From Podarcis gaigeae (Eukaryota): a stretch of 64,000 nt of DNA. How positions within the stretch are numbered: the first letter of the stretch is position 1; the number at the start of each line of letters is the position of its first letter. Shown here piece after piece: positions 38,110 to 48,952 of the stretch. Under the pieces are notes generated by a model, which searched no databases, had not been told where the DNA came from, and saw only the letters and a program-made list of their open reading frames with translations. Where the stretch lies: assembly GCA_964106915.2 (NCBI GenBank), contig OZ066916.1; one strand, written 5' to 3'. The translations under genes were made by a program, and so were the position numbers.

Positions 38110-39720
38110 TTGTTTTTATTTATTTACAATAATTGATTAACAGCCTAATTAAAAAAATGTCACTTATTGGTGCACACAAAACAGATATCAATATACAATT
38201 CAACAAAATTTAAAAGCAAGTACGCATAAGTTGTTTACATGGCCGGGTAGGCTTGCTGAAACAAAGTTTTTAGTCGGTGTCTAAAGCAACATAATGAAGT
38301 TGTTTGTTCAGTGCAAGTTTTGCGCATTGAAGCTGTGGAAGTAGGCACATAAGGGGCTAGATGACCCCACAGACAAACTGCTCCCAAGCTGTTACAGGCT
38401 TTATATGCTAATAGTAAGACCTTGAACTTGGCCTGATAGCAAATCAGCAGCTAGTGCAGTTCTTTGAGTTGCAGTGTAATATGCTAGTAGGTTCTCACTC
38501 CTGTCAGCGATAATGCTATAGCATTCTGCTCTGACTGCATCTTTCAGAGCAATCGCAAGGGAAGCCCTGTATATATCATACTTTAGTAATCCACTTTCAG
38601 AATTACTAATTCCCTGGGTTTCTTTGGGCAAGCTATCCTAGTTGAGGAATGGCTGAAGCTGGTGTAAGGTGCTCCTAGCTACGGAGATCACCTGAGCCTA
38701 GTTAGTGAGAGCTGGGTCCAAGAATAACTCCAGACCATGTACCTGCATCTTCTGAGCAAGTGTAACTCCCATCCTTGGAGGCAACTGGCCCATTTCTGCG
38801 ACACAGGAACCACTCACCCACAGAGCCTCAGCCTTGCTTGGATCAAAGTTCTGTTTATTTGTCCTCATCCAGCCTACCATTGCATCCAGGCACTAGGCCG
38901 CCGCTTGTGAAACCTCTCCTATTTTAGATTTTATTGAGAAATAGAGCTGAGTGTTCTAATAGTCTTTTTATATGCTTTTTCTTACCCTGAGACCATCTTT
39001 TGAGGGGTGGGAAAGGCATACAATAAATTATTATCAGCACCTTGCTTCAAATGTCCTAATGACCATTCCTAGCAGCTTCATATAGATATTAAACAACATT
39101 GGTGATAGTATAACAAACACCCTGTGGCACTGTCATGGGACCAAAAACCAGTTCCCTAGTCTTACTTTCTGGACTCGGTCCTGTAGGTAAAATTGCAACC
39201 CCCCGTAAGCTATTTAGGAGGATAGCATGGTTAATGGTAGCAAAGGAAGGACTTATTCCTCTTGTCCCATTCTCAGTAAAAGTGATTTATCAGGGCAGCC
39301 AAGGCAGATTTGGTCACATGGCCAGGCCTAAACCCAGATTGGAATCAGTAGATAAACAGCATCCATAAATGCTTACTGCCACCTCCCCACCCCCCAATGT
39401 TAAAAGTGTGGCACTTACTGTATCAACTTCATGGTGAATTCTGGCACAGGGTTGATTTCTTTAGGACTGGGTGTTGTTTCTTTCAAGTCAGGGATCACCT
39501 CCTCACGGTATGAAGTGTTAACCATGCCCTCAGTCCAGCCAGTCACACCCCTCTGCTAGATTTAATAAGCCAAGAAGGAGCCATGGTTGGGCACAGAGCA
39601 GCAGGTGCCTTGTCAACATCACCAGGCTGCATAAATCGAAAGTAATCCCACAACATATGACAATCTTCGGTAGTGATACCACAAATATAAATTAGTGATG
39701 TCATTTGTTTGATGGAGTTG
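38110..39720 (-). mobile_element. Degenerate L2-like LINE ORF2 fragment (boundaries approximate)
   Basis: Minus-strand remnant WMRTNKQNFDPSKAEALWV resembles the RT thumb motif WM..NKL.LNP.KTE; many stops and frameshifts. Confidence 0.65.
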
Positions 39721-40174
39721 TTATTTTTGTTTATTAAAGCATTTGGGGCTATTACTAAATTATATGGGTTTGTACAAAAAGCACCCAAATAAATGAGCAG
39801 CAGATCTCGAAAGTAAGAATTCCCATTCCTGTTCCATGAAGTATTTTACAGGAGAAGCTGGTTGGAAAAGATTTATAGGTCTTAGTCAAAAATCATTTGC
39901 AGCAGCTCTTGCTGTCTGTTCCTGTTTTCGTATTGCAACTAAGCAAATAGCTTTAGTATCCTGTTTGTCGTATTTGGGAATGTAGCAAGTGATTTAAAGA
40001 GCAGAGTGAAAAACAGTTGGAAATTTTTTGAGATATGTTTTATATTACATTGTATCTTAATACTTTTCCTGTTATATATGTCTATAAACTCATTATAGGA
40101 CAGCAGCTTTTAAATTTTGGAGGCAGTTTTAGTATGTGTCAGTCTCTACTTGCGAAATAATACTGATAATTTTA

Positions 40175-40250
40175 ATTTATTTATTCCCCGCCCATCTGGC
40201 TGGGTTACCCCAGCCACTCTGGGCGGCTTCCAACACATATAAAAACACAA
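40175..40250 (-). mobile_element. Short L2-type 3' tail fragment, inverted relative to the copy at 40414
   Basis: Reverse complement of 40794-40843. Confidence 0.8.
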
Positions 40251-40413
40251 AGAACATCAAATATTAATAGTAACAATCTGATATAATGTAAAAAAGTCAC
40301 AACATATCAAATAAAGGAATATTCAATAATCCATTAGAATCTAATAGTAAGCAGTTTTTTACCATAAATAAATTGGGCGTGTGGCTTTTTTTATGCCTCT
40401 GACAACAGAGGAA

Positions 40414-40862
40414 TTAGACCGCCAAGACCACATAACACCGGTCCTGAAAGACCTACATTGGGTTCCAGTACTTTTCCGAGCACATTTCAAAGTGTTGGTG
40501 CTGACCTTTAAAGCCCTAAACGGCCTTAGCTTAGTATACCTGAGGAGCGTCTCCACCCCCATCATTCACTGAGGTCCAGCTCCAAGGGCTTTCTGGTGGT
40601 TCCCTCACTGCGAGAAGCGAAGTTCCAGGGAACCAGGCAGAGGGCCTTCTCGGTAGTGGCGCCCGCCCTATGGAATGCCCTCTCATCAGATGTCAAGGAA
40701 ATAAACAACTATCTGACTTTTAGAAGACATCTGAAGGCAGCCCTGTTTAGGGAAGTTTTTAATGTTTGATGATTTATTGTATTTTTTATATTTTGTTGGA
40801 AGCCGCCCAGAGTGGCTGGGGAAACCCAGCCAGATGGGTGGGGTTTTATTTATTTATTTATT
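40414..40862 (+). mobile_element. Relatively young L2-like LINE 3' end
   Basis: DHITPVLKDLHWVPVLFRAHFKVLVLTFKALNGL; ends gccgcccagagtggctggggaaacccagccagatggg plus (TTTA)n. The same tail occurs near 32969-33027. Confidence 0.85.
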
Positions 40863-42331
40863 TGAGTGTACTTCTATAAAGGAAACATAACTTTGCAACA
40901 TTCTGACTTCAACAGCACATGCATAGTTATATTTTATGACTGTGTATGTCCATAACACTCATTTTATTTTGTTTCTTATTTATCTATTTCCAGTATTTTA
41001 TACTTATCCTTTGTAGAAAAATATGCGTAGGTAGCCAAAAGGATCTAGGTTAATAAATATACAAAAATAATAATTAAGTGCAGAACAGGAGTCAAAGACA
41101 GCACCAGAAAGATTTAACTTAAGGAATTTAAATTTAACTAAAAAGAGAAGGTATGCTGAAGTTAATCTTTTCTGCCTGACCTGCCAAATATTTAAAAACA
41201 TTTCTCTGTTAAGAACATATGGCTTCCTCCACCAACCCATCACTGGAAAATCAATGATACTGTCTAGCAAAGCAATAGCGTTTCCTGAGAATAGTGTAGG
41301 GAAGGTGGGCTTGTGTTATTTCTCTCCCTACGCCCCTCTCTTATTCTTGATGTTGTAGGGATGAAGAGTTAAAAGCTACATCATAGTTTATTAATAAGGT
41401 AAGGGTGTGAGCAGGGACTTAAATAAGCTGCAGATTTGTTTCAGAACCTTTTGCAACATAAATATGTATGATGCTTGCAGGCAGGACAACAGCATGATGT
41501 AGTTTGAATTCTGCTACTAAATAATGAATATGACTCTTAGTACTTAAAAACCTTGGAAAGTGTTACATAAATTCTAGTGCTGCTTTGCAAATTTTGGGTG
41601 ACAATTTCAGAATGATTTTCACAGCCCTAAAATGATAGAAATGTGATAAAATGAAATAGTAAATATCCAGAAATATGACACAGATAGGGTGGTATTCAGC
41701 TAGGTATTAGTGAACTCATTGAAATTAATGAGCATGACTAAATATTATTTTAGAACCTGATTCTTCCCCTGTAAAATCATGCTCAATTGTCGTTTTTAAA
41801 TCTTCTGATCAAGAAGCTAACCAATCACTATGTCAAAGAGCACATTTACTTTCAAAATTCACCCCTAAAACCATTCTAGTTTAAAGTCTAGGGAAAAAAA
41901 TGATCTGAAAAATATATCTAGGCTCTTACAAAGCTCTGTTTTCTGTTGCAGCTACTAGTATGTGTTTTTGAACTTGTTTTTCAGGAACTCTCTAAAAAAA
42001 GAAAGAATTTTTTTTACTAGTAGATAGTGCTCCACATCTGGGGTGAAATGTTAGTTATCAGACTGTTATTTTTCTCCCCTTCCCCCTTCTTATCTTCTAG
42101 TCATTTCCAGATTTAAAGAAAACTGTTTTTCAAAATGAAATGTATTGGTGTTCCAACCCCCTTGCCTATGACTATTTTGTTCATTCTCACAGCAACGTTG
42201 AACATATGGGTTTGAAGATTATTAAACAATTCATAGTTTCTTGAACTCTCTTCTCAGGTTTATCTATAACTTGTACTATTGCTGAACCACAATACAGTAG
42301 TGTAGTTCTTATTTTATGACATAGTTGGGAA

Positions 42332-42520
42332 GAGACCATAGTTCAGTACCTGAGCGCATTATTTCACACAAAAGGTTCCCAGTTCAATCCCTGCCACCAC
42401 CTGTTAAGCGGGTCAGGTAGCAGATGAGAAAGACATCTGCCTGAGACTCTGGAGCTGCCAATCAAAGTAGACAGAACTGGACTATGTGGACAAATAGTCC
42501 AACCTGGAATAAGGCAGTTT
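42332..42520 (+). mobile_element. Degenerate tRNA-derived SINE
   Basis: A-box-like ccatagttcagt and B-box-like agttcaatccc followed by a non-tRNA body. Confidence 0.55.
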
Positions 42521-44072
42521 TTATTATCTTAGATGTTGCATAATTATTTCTTCTGCAAGAATATAGTTCTGCAATCCACAGAAACAGGGACAAGCCTTAA
42601 TTAGTTTAAAGTGAGGTAAGGAAGCTGGACCAAGAAGCAAATATTGCTAAAGCAATATTTTAAGGAATTGGGACCATAGAGGTACTGTATTCTAATAATG
42701 AAACACGGTTATCATATCTAGTTGCAAATCTATTTTTATGCTGTTTCAGATGTACGCTGAAGCTTTTCTCATTTGTTCTTCTAAAAAATGGGAGGTTAGG
42801 AACTGGTTGACCAAAAAATAAATAAAACAACACACTTATTGAGGGGGTGGGAACCAGCATGACTTGGTCTCAGCGCTAAACATGTGCTGATATAATGCTT
42901 GTCAACAAAGGTACCATAGTCCCAGCCACTAAATCAGTAATCAAGGCAGGCAGGAACTGGATTGTACATTGTGGATGTTAATTCAATTTTTCCTCATTGA
43001 CAACTATGCTGAAATAAGATTAGAAGATACACTCTCAGGGTAAAGCCCCATCTAGAGTTCACATACTGTATTTTCTTTCTGAAAACTGTGGCACATTTTT
43101 CAGAGTGTGGAACTGAAGAGACTCAGATGTGTTGATACACATTGGATTTGCTAGGCTTTATATAACTCAAAGAGCTGCAGTGGTCTATTCTTTGCTGTGT
43201 TAGAACAAGTATAGCTGAATTTTGGTTACATGTGTTCTCTGCTGCAGTCCCATTCCTGCCTGTATTTCAGTGCTCTATGTGCTTAGCTGCTCTGCTAAAG
43301 AAGAACTTAGGAAATGTGGCACATAACCTTAGCAAGGGGGAGATCAATCCAGCAACAGTCAATCACAGGCCAAAGTCCTAGATGAGGAATTTGTCCAAAC
43401 AGGCAAGACTAATATTTGGCCCACCCCAAAATTCAGGTTTTATCTGGAAGCACTTACACCCAGGCCATCTCTAGAATAACAAAGGGACTGGCAGGGATAG
43501 GATAAAGCGCTTTCCCCACTCTGAACCCTTAAATAGCTGACTGTAACAATAACATCAGCACTATGCAGTCCAGAAGACTCATGGTCCAACTCCTAATTTA
43601 TTTTGACAGTGGGTTTTCATAGTAATGTTGAAGTGATGAATTTCAGCTTCCATAATTTGCAGATAAACTAACATGGGCATAATGTATATCACTGCTGTAG
43701 GCTATATTTTAAAGTAGCATCTTCCTGAAGTTCCCCGATGTGAGTTGGTTCACCTCAGAGCCGCTGAAGAAGGGAAAAGCCAAAACATTTTGCTATAAGA
43801 AAGTAATCTCTTTTTTATAATCTCTTTTGTAATAAATATACTGTATTGTTTCAGTAATTAACTCAATCCTTCCTGGATTCATAGCAGACATTTGCATTAC
43901 TGTTTGATGCTTGAAAAATTCTCTCCTATAAACTTTTACAACTGAGCATTACATCAGTTGACTGACCACTTGTGTTTTTTTCTGAAGACTGTGGTACATT
44001 TTATTTTGTAGTTTCAGTATAATGGTATTGTGGAATAATATTCCCTTATATTTTGATTTGCCTTTCTTCCAG

Positions 44073-44177
44073 AAAATGGAATAATCAAGTCAGATAAAGT
44101 ATTTGAAGTAATGCTTGCAACAGACCGCTGCCATTATGCAAAATGCAACCCATATATGGATTCTCCTCAATCAATAG
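44073..44177 (+). CDS. PCMT1: PCMT1 exon 2
   Basis: cag|AA AAT GGA...ATA G|gtatga; [34 protein letters not shown]. Confidence 0.97.
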
Positions 44178-44490
44178 GTATGAAAATTATGTATTCAAAG
44201 TCTTTAACGATGACTAAAAGCTTTATTTTCCTAAGGCCTTGTTGTGTTGAACCAAAGGTGAACTGTTCCAAAAGTGTTGCAAATGCTATCTCGGTAGTCA
44301 AGATAACTCCACAATTAATTGGTGGTTGTTGTAGCAATGATTTGCTCTTGGAAACTGTTTCTTTGTCATTATAATTCTTCAGAAATGATATATCTAAGTC
44401 CTCACTTGTTGTCTAGCAAAGGTGCTAATGTTGAACATTTTGATAAGTGAGCTGTTTTGTTACTCATATCATTCTTTAAATGTTTTATAG

Positions 44491-44522
44491 GATTTCAAGC
44501 AACAATCAGTGCTCCACACATG
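44491..44522 (+). CDS. PCMT1: PCMT1 exon 3 (32 nt)
   Basis: tag|GA TTT CAA...ATG|gtaagc; FQATISAPHM. Confidence 0.96.
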
Positions 44523-44663
44523 GTAAGCGTTATATTTATATTCTGTCAGCCTGACTCCTTTAACAACTAAACTTTCATTTTCCTCTTTCTACCCTGATGA
44601 AACACCCCAGTGTAGTACATGGTGGGGGGAACCCTAATGCTTATCCCCCACACCCTTTTTAAG

Positions 44664-44822
44664 TTACAGATAGGTAGCTGTGTTGGCATGCCATAGATAC
44701 ACTGAAACTGAAACAGTTTCATTGTTTCTGAAGAAGTGTGCATGCACACGAAACCTCATACTAATGACAAACTTAGTTAGTCTCTAAGGTTGTACTGGAA
44801 GGATTTTTTTTGTTTTGTTTCG
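44664..44822. mobile_element. Penelope-like element pseudo-LTR remnant with hammerhead motif
   Basis: Flanked by the 12-bp direct repeat accctttttaag; contains CTGAAGA-agtgtgcatgcacac-GAAA. Confidence 0.7.
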
Positions 44823-45494
44823 ACCCTTTTTAAGGATACTGTTAGTTGTTAGTGGTTTGAGAAGGTAGGTTTTTTTCTCTCCCTCATGTTTTTCTTTGTG
44901 GGTGGGGTTGGCTTCCAACTGTGACACCTGTTAACATTCCATATCATAGTTGCTGTCAATAGTAGACTTGATTGATAGATTCACAGTCTGCCTGGCACAA
45001 GTTTCTTTTGAATGCTTTTCTGTCTTTCTGTGTCTAGGCTCATTCTGTAAGCTCAATAGATTTTATTAGGGTTTATAGAGAAAAATACAAAACTTAATAG
45101 CAAATATTAAGCTCATTATTAACCTTTGGGGGTCCTAAAAGTTATTTTTTATTTAGTAACATATTTCTGTGTATCCTGGGCTTGATCCTCTGAACTGTTA
45201 TTGTGTAAATGGACAATTCTGAAATCAAATTTGGGTAGATAAAGGGTTTGGGGATCTTTCTACATTTACAAATTGACAGTTGACATACTTATCTTTATGT
45301 GGTTTGAAACTGCAGCTGTTAAATTGTGAAATTGTTTGATATCTATAACAGCTTGATTGAGTTCAGTTACTGGATTCTCTGTAGGGAATTGCATAGTTTG
45401 AATTCTTTATGAAAGAACATAAAATCATAGCATTGTACATTGGGCAAAACCAAAAATAAAATACCAACATCTTTTCCTTTTTTCCTTCGGTCAG

Positions 45495-45599
45495 CATGCA
45501 TATGCTCTAGAACTCCTATATGAACAATTACATGAAGGAGCCAAAGCCCTTGATGTAGGATCTGGAAGTGGAATTCTTTCTGCATGCTTTGCACGAATG
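45495..45599 (+). CDS. PCMT1: PCMT1 exon 4 (SAM-binding motif I, LDVGSGSG)
   Basis: cag|CAT GCA TAT...ATG|gtgaga. Confidence 0.97.
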
Positions 45600-47230
45600 G
45601 TGAGAGGACAATTCTTAACCACTTACAATAAATATATGACTCTTGTTAGGTTTCTGTGTGCATTACAAAATGCTTTATTTTTTATGTCTTTACAGGAGAA
45701 TTGCAAGGACTTGATTCTGATATTATTTTATACTTTTAGAAGGATAGGTCTTTTTGGGTACCTTTACAGCAATGCCTTACTGTTTCAATAAAGTCCAGCT
45801 CATAAACTTCAGTAAAGAACATGAAGCAATACTAGCTCAAATCAGCTCATATTTTTGTTTTTTGTATTTAATGCCACCTAATAGTTGGATTGAATATTTT
45901 GAAGAAAGAACAGCCTATGAAGTATGGAAGTACTCCATTCTGGGGCAAGTTCCTGTGTAATGCTTAGTAATTATAACCTGAAAAAGGATGCTTTAAAACA
46001 GGGCTAGGGATCCTCAGGGCTAAGGGATCCCTCCAGACCTCTCTGTCTGGCTTTTGGGACTCTCTCCCAGTGAAGCCCATCCTCAGACCTCACTGGCCCT
46101 GCTCTGCACCCTCCTTAAGTGCTTTTACCTTGCTGGAATATGCATTGTGAAAATGCCTCTTGTCTGCCTGAGTAGAAGATGCAGAGATGTGTAGAAGCAT
46201 TTGACTTGTATGTGGCTGGAATAAAGCTTACTGTACAAATGTAAGAATTGCATCCATTGCTCTGCTGACTTTTTGCCTTCGGCCCATTGACCATCAGCAT
46301 GCAGGTTCCCCAGAAGGTTTCTCATGAGGCATTCATGCTGCAAAATGTTTCACATCCCCACTTCATTATCTTCCTCAGTGATTTTTCTTACTGATCATGT
46401 AAGAAAGCAAGCAGGGGTGTGCAGGATTTTCTGTTTCTATTTTCTTTTGCAGAGTGTGCGATGTGTATGACATGCCATTAATATAGAAGTAGAATCCAGA
46501 CTCTGCATTCTTTTTTTAACATCAACTTGCAACATGGAACACACTCTTATTTTTTTTAAAAAACCCACCATATTTCTTTCCCATAATCTTGTAAGAAAAT
46601 AAGAACTGCCAAGGTCCATCTAGTTCAGTATTCTTTTTCCAGCTAGTGGCTTCTTTCCATCATCTCAGTATATCTTAAGAAACCCTGAACTTTAAAAAAG
46701 TTGCCTTGTCACCTGTGTAATCCTGCTTAGGAGAATCAGCAGTCAATACTAGTGCTGAATAGATTATATTCTATTATATTTCAAATGCCAATAGAATGTT
46801 AAGTTTAAAAAAAAGTTCTGTACATAACAAAATAAGTTGCTATTCATGTATTTCATAGTAAAACTGCTAACATGCAGCACTGGTTTGAGGCCTTAAAATA
46901 TTCATATCTTCTTGGAATGTTAATTACAATATATTAATATGAAAAAATATATTGGGAAATGACTTCGTAAGTATGGACCATGAGAAACTCTAAAGTATTT
47001 ATGGCAATAACTTTATTAGAAGAAACTTGCATGCCAAACATTCTAAGGCAAAATGGATGTGGTGAAACTGGGGGAAGAGAAACAGATAGACAGATAATAG
47101 GAAAACCCCGTATTAGGTTTTATCCTTCATCTCCTGTAGCCTTTGCTTATAACTTCAATTGAAAGTAAAAGTAAGAAACTGAATACATACATAGTACATT
47201 CCATACCAAAATAAACTTGTTTTGTTTCAG

Positions 47231-47351
47231 GTTGGTCCCAAAGGACAAGTTGTAGGAATTGATCATATCAAAGAGTTGGTAGATGACTCAATAAATAATG
47301 TTAAAAAGGACGATCCCCTATTGTTATCTTCAGGAAGAGTGAAACTGATTG
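47231..47351 (+). CDS. PCMT1: PCMT1 exon 5
   Basis: cag|GTT GGT CCC...ATT G|gtaagt; [18 protein letters not shown]. Confidence 0.97.
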
Positions 47352-48070
47352 GTAAGTACTGGAGTATATTAACAGTAAAAAATAGGTATAGGAATATGCT
47401 TGTTCAATGCAGGGTCTTTTTGTAGTAGGTTTTCTATGAAATATAAACAACTAGAATAGTTAGGTTTACTATCCAACTTATATAATTCTATTTATTATGT
47501 TTACTTTTTGATGGGGTTTTTTAAACAAAAACCTTCCAAGCCCACTAATAACTTCATTTTCAGTTACATGTGCTTAGGTCTGTAATATTTTGCAAGCCAC
47601 TGTGCTTAGTGACCAGGTCATGGGATCTGATCTAAGAAGTTTAGCGTTGGCACAGAGAGTCATAGTCTTTCAAACTGGGTTTCATTTGTGGGTCCACTCT
47701 GTAAAAGTGTTTCCTCTTTATGGCACTGCAGTTGCACAAGAGCAGAAATCACTAGGAGCCCTTTCCAATCCTCATATACAGCTGCCTTTTGTTGTGTCCA
47801 CATCTGGCTGCATTTAGTGAACTACTGCTGTTTGGTACTAATTCCCTGGAACCCAGGTCGTTCATTCCCAGTAGAAATTTGTTGGGAATCTGATTAAAAT
47901 TTAGGAGGCTAATTATGGTTATTTTTAATTTCAACATTTTTTTGCTGGTTCCACATAAACTCATAAACTTAGTTAAGATTTCATCTATGAGTTCAGTGTC
48001 TTGAATAAGCCGAGGACAATATGAAGTCAGCTTTTCCTCATCCTTGTATATATCTTTTCCCCCCTTGTAG

Positions 48071-48156
48071 TGGGAGATGGAAGGTTGGGATATTCTGAAG
48101 AAGCTCCATATGATGCTATTCATGTAGGAGCTGCTGCACCAGTTGTTCCCCAAGCA
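48071..48156 (+). CDS. PCMT1: PCMT1 exon 6
   Basis: tag|TG GGA GAT...GCA|gtaagt; [22 protein letters not shown]. Confidence 0.97.
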
Positions 48157-48772
48157 GTAAGTGATTTATACATATATATGGTACATATTGTTTGCTATGA
48201 TTTTTCTTTATTAATTGAAATGATTAATTGGATGCTTATACCTGCTTTAAACGATGGGCTTTTTAATTAGATTTCATTAAATGAAACACATTCCAACAGT
48301 GGAATTTGATTTGGTATACTAATAGGTGATGTTGATGTTTTTTGGAATTGGGAGTGCTGGTGGTTTGGAAATGAAAAGCTTTGCACAGTGCAGGCCCAAA
48401 TCCCTTTTAATTTTGTCAAGGCAAATAAAGACTGGGGCATTCCAAACTATCCCCTCTCTTTTTACCTGTTTCCAGAACTTAGCTTCCAGCAATTTTTCAG
48501 GGGGAAGGGCTAGAACTGTGGGCTGTGTCTCAGACCATTAGGCCTAAAAGCTCTTACCATCAAGGAGTATAATTCTTTGTTATTTTACATTGTACAAGGT
48601 AGGGATCTTAGAGTTGTATCCAACTAAGTAATTAAGACTCAAAAGCAGGCCCATTGAAATTAATGGACCTAAATTAGTAATTTCCATTAATTTCAATGGG
48701 TCTGCTTTGAGTATAACTAACACTGCTTAGGAGTACACTTGCTGTGAATAATTAACTTTTTTTAATTTATAG

Positions 48773-48952
48773 CTTATAGATCAATTAAAGCCTGGTGGAA
48801 GGTTAATATTACCTGTTGGACCCGCTGGAGGAAACCAGATGCTGGAACAGTACGATAAGCTAGAAGATGGCAGTGTCAAAATGAAGCCTCTGATGGGAGT
48901 GATATATGTGCCTTTAACAGATAAGGAGAAGCAGTGGTCCAGGTGGAAGTGA
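48773..48952 (+). CDS. PCMT1: PCMT1 exon 7 (isoform ending -RWK; total CDS 684 nt, 227 aa)
   Basis: tag|CTT ATA GAT...[12 protein letters not shown]...KQWSRWK then TGA; two candidate donors, after 48942 and after 48995. Confidence 0.96.
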
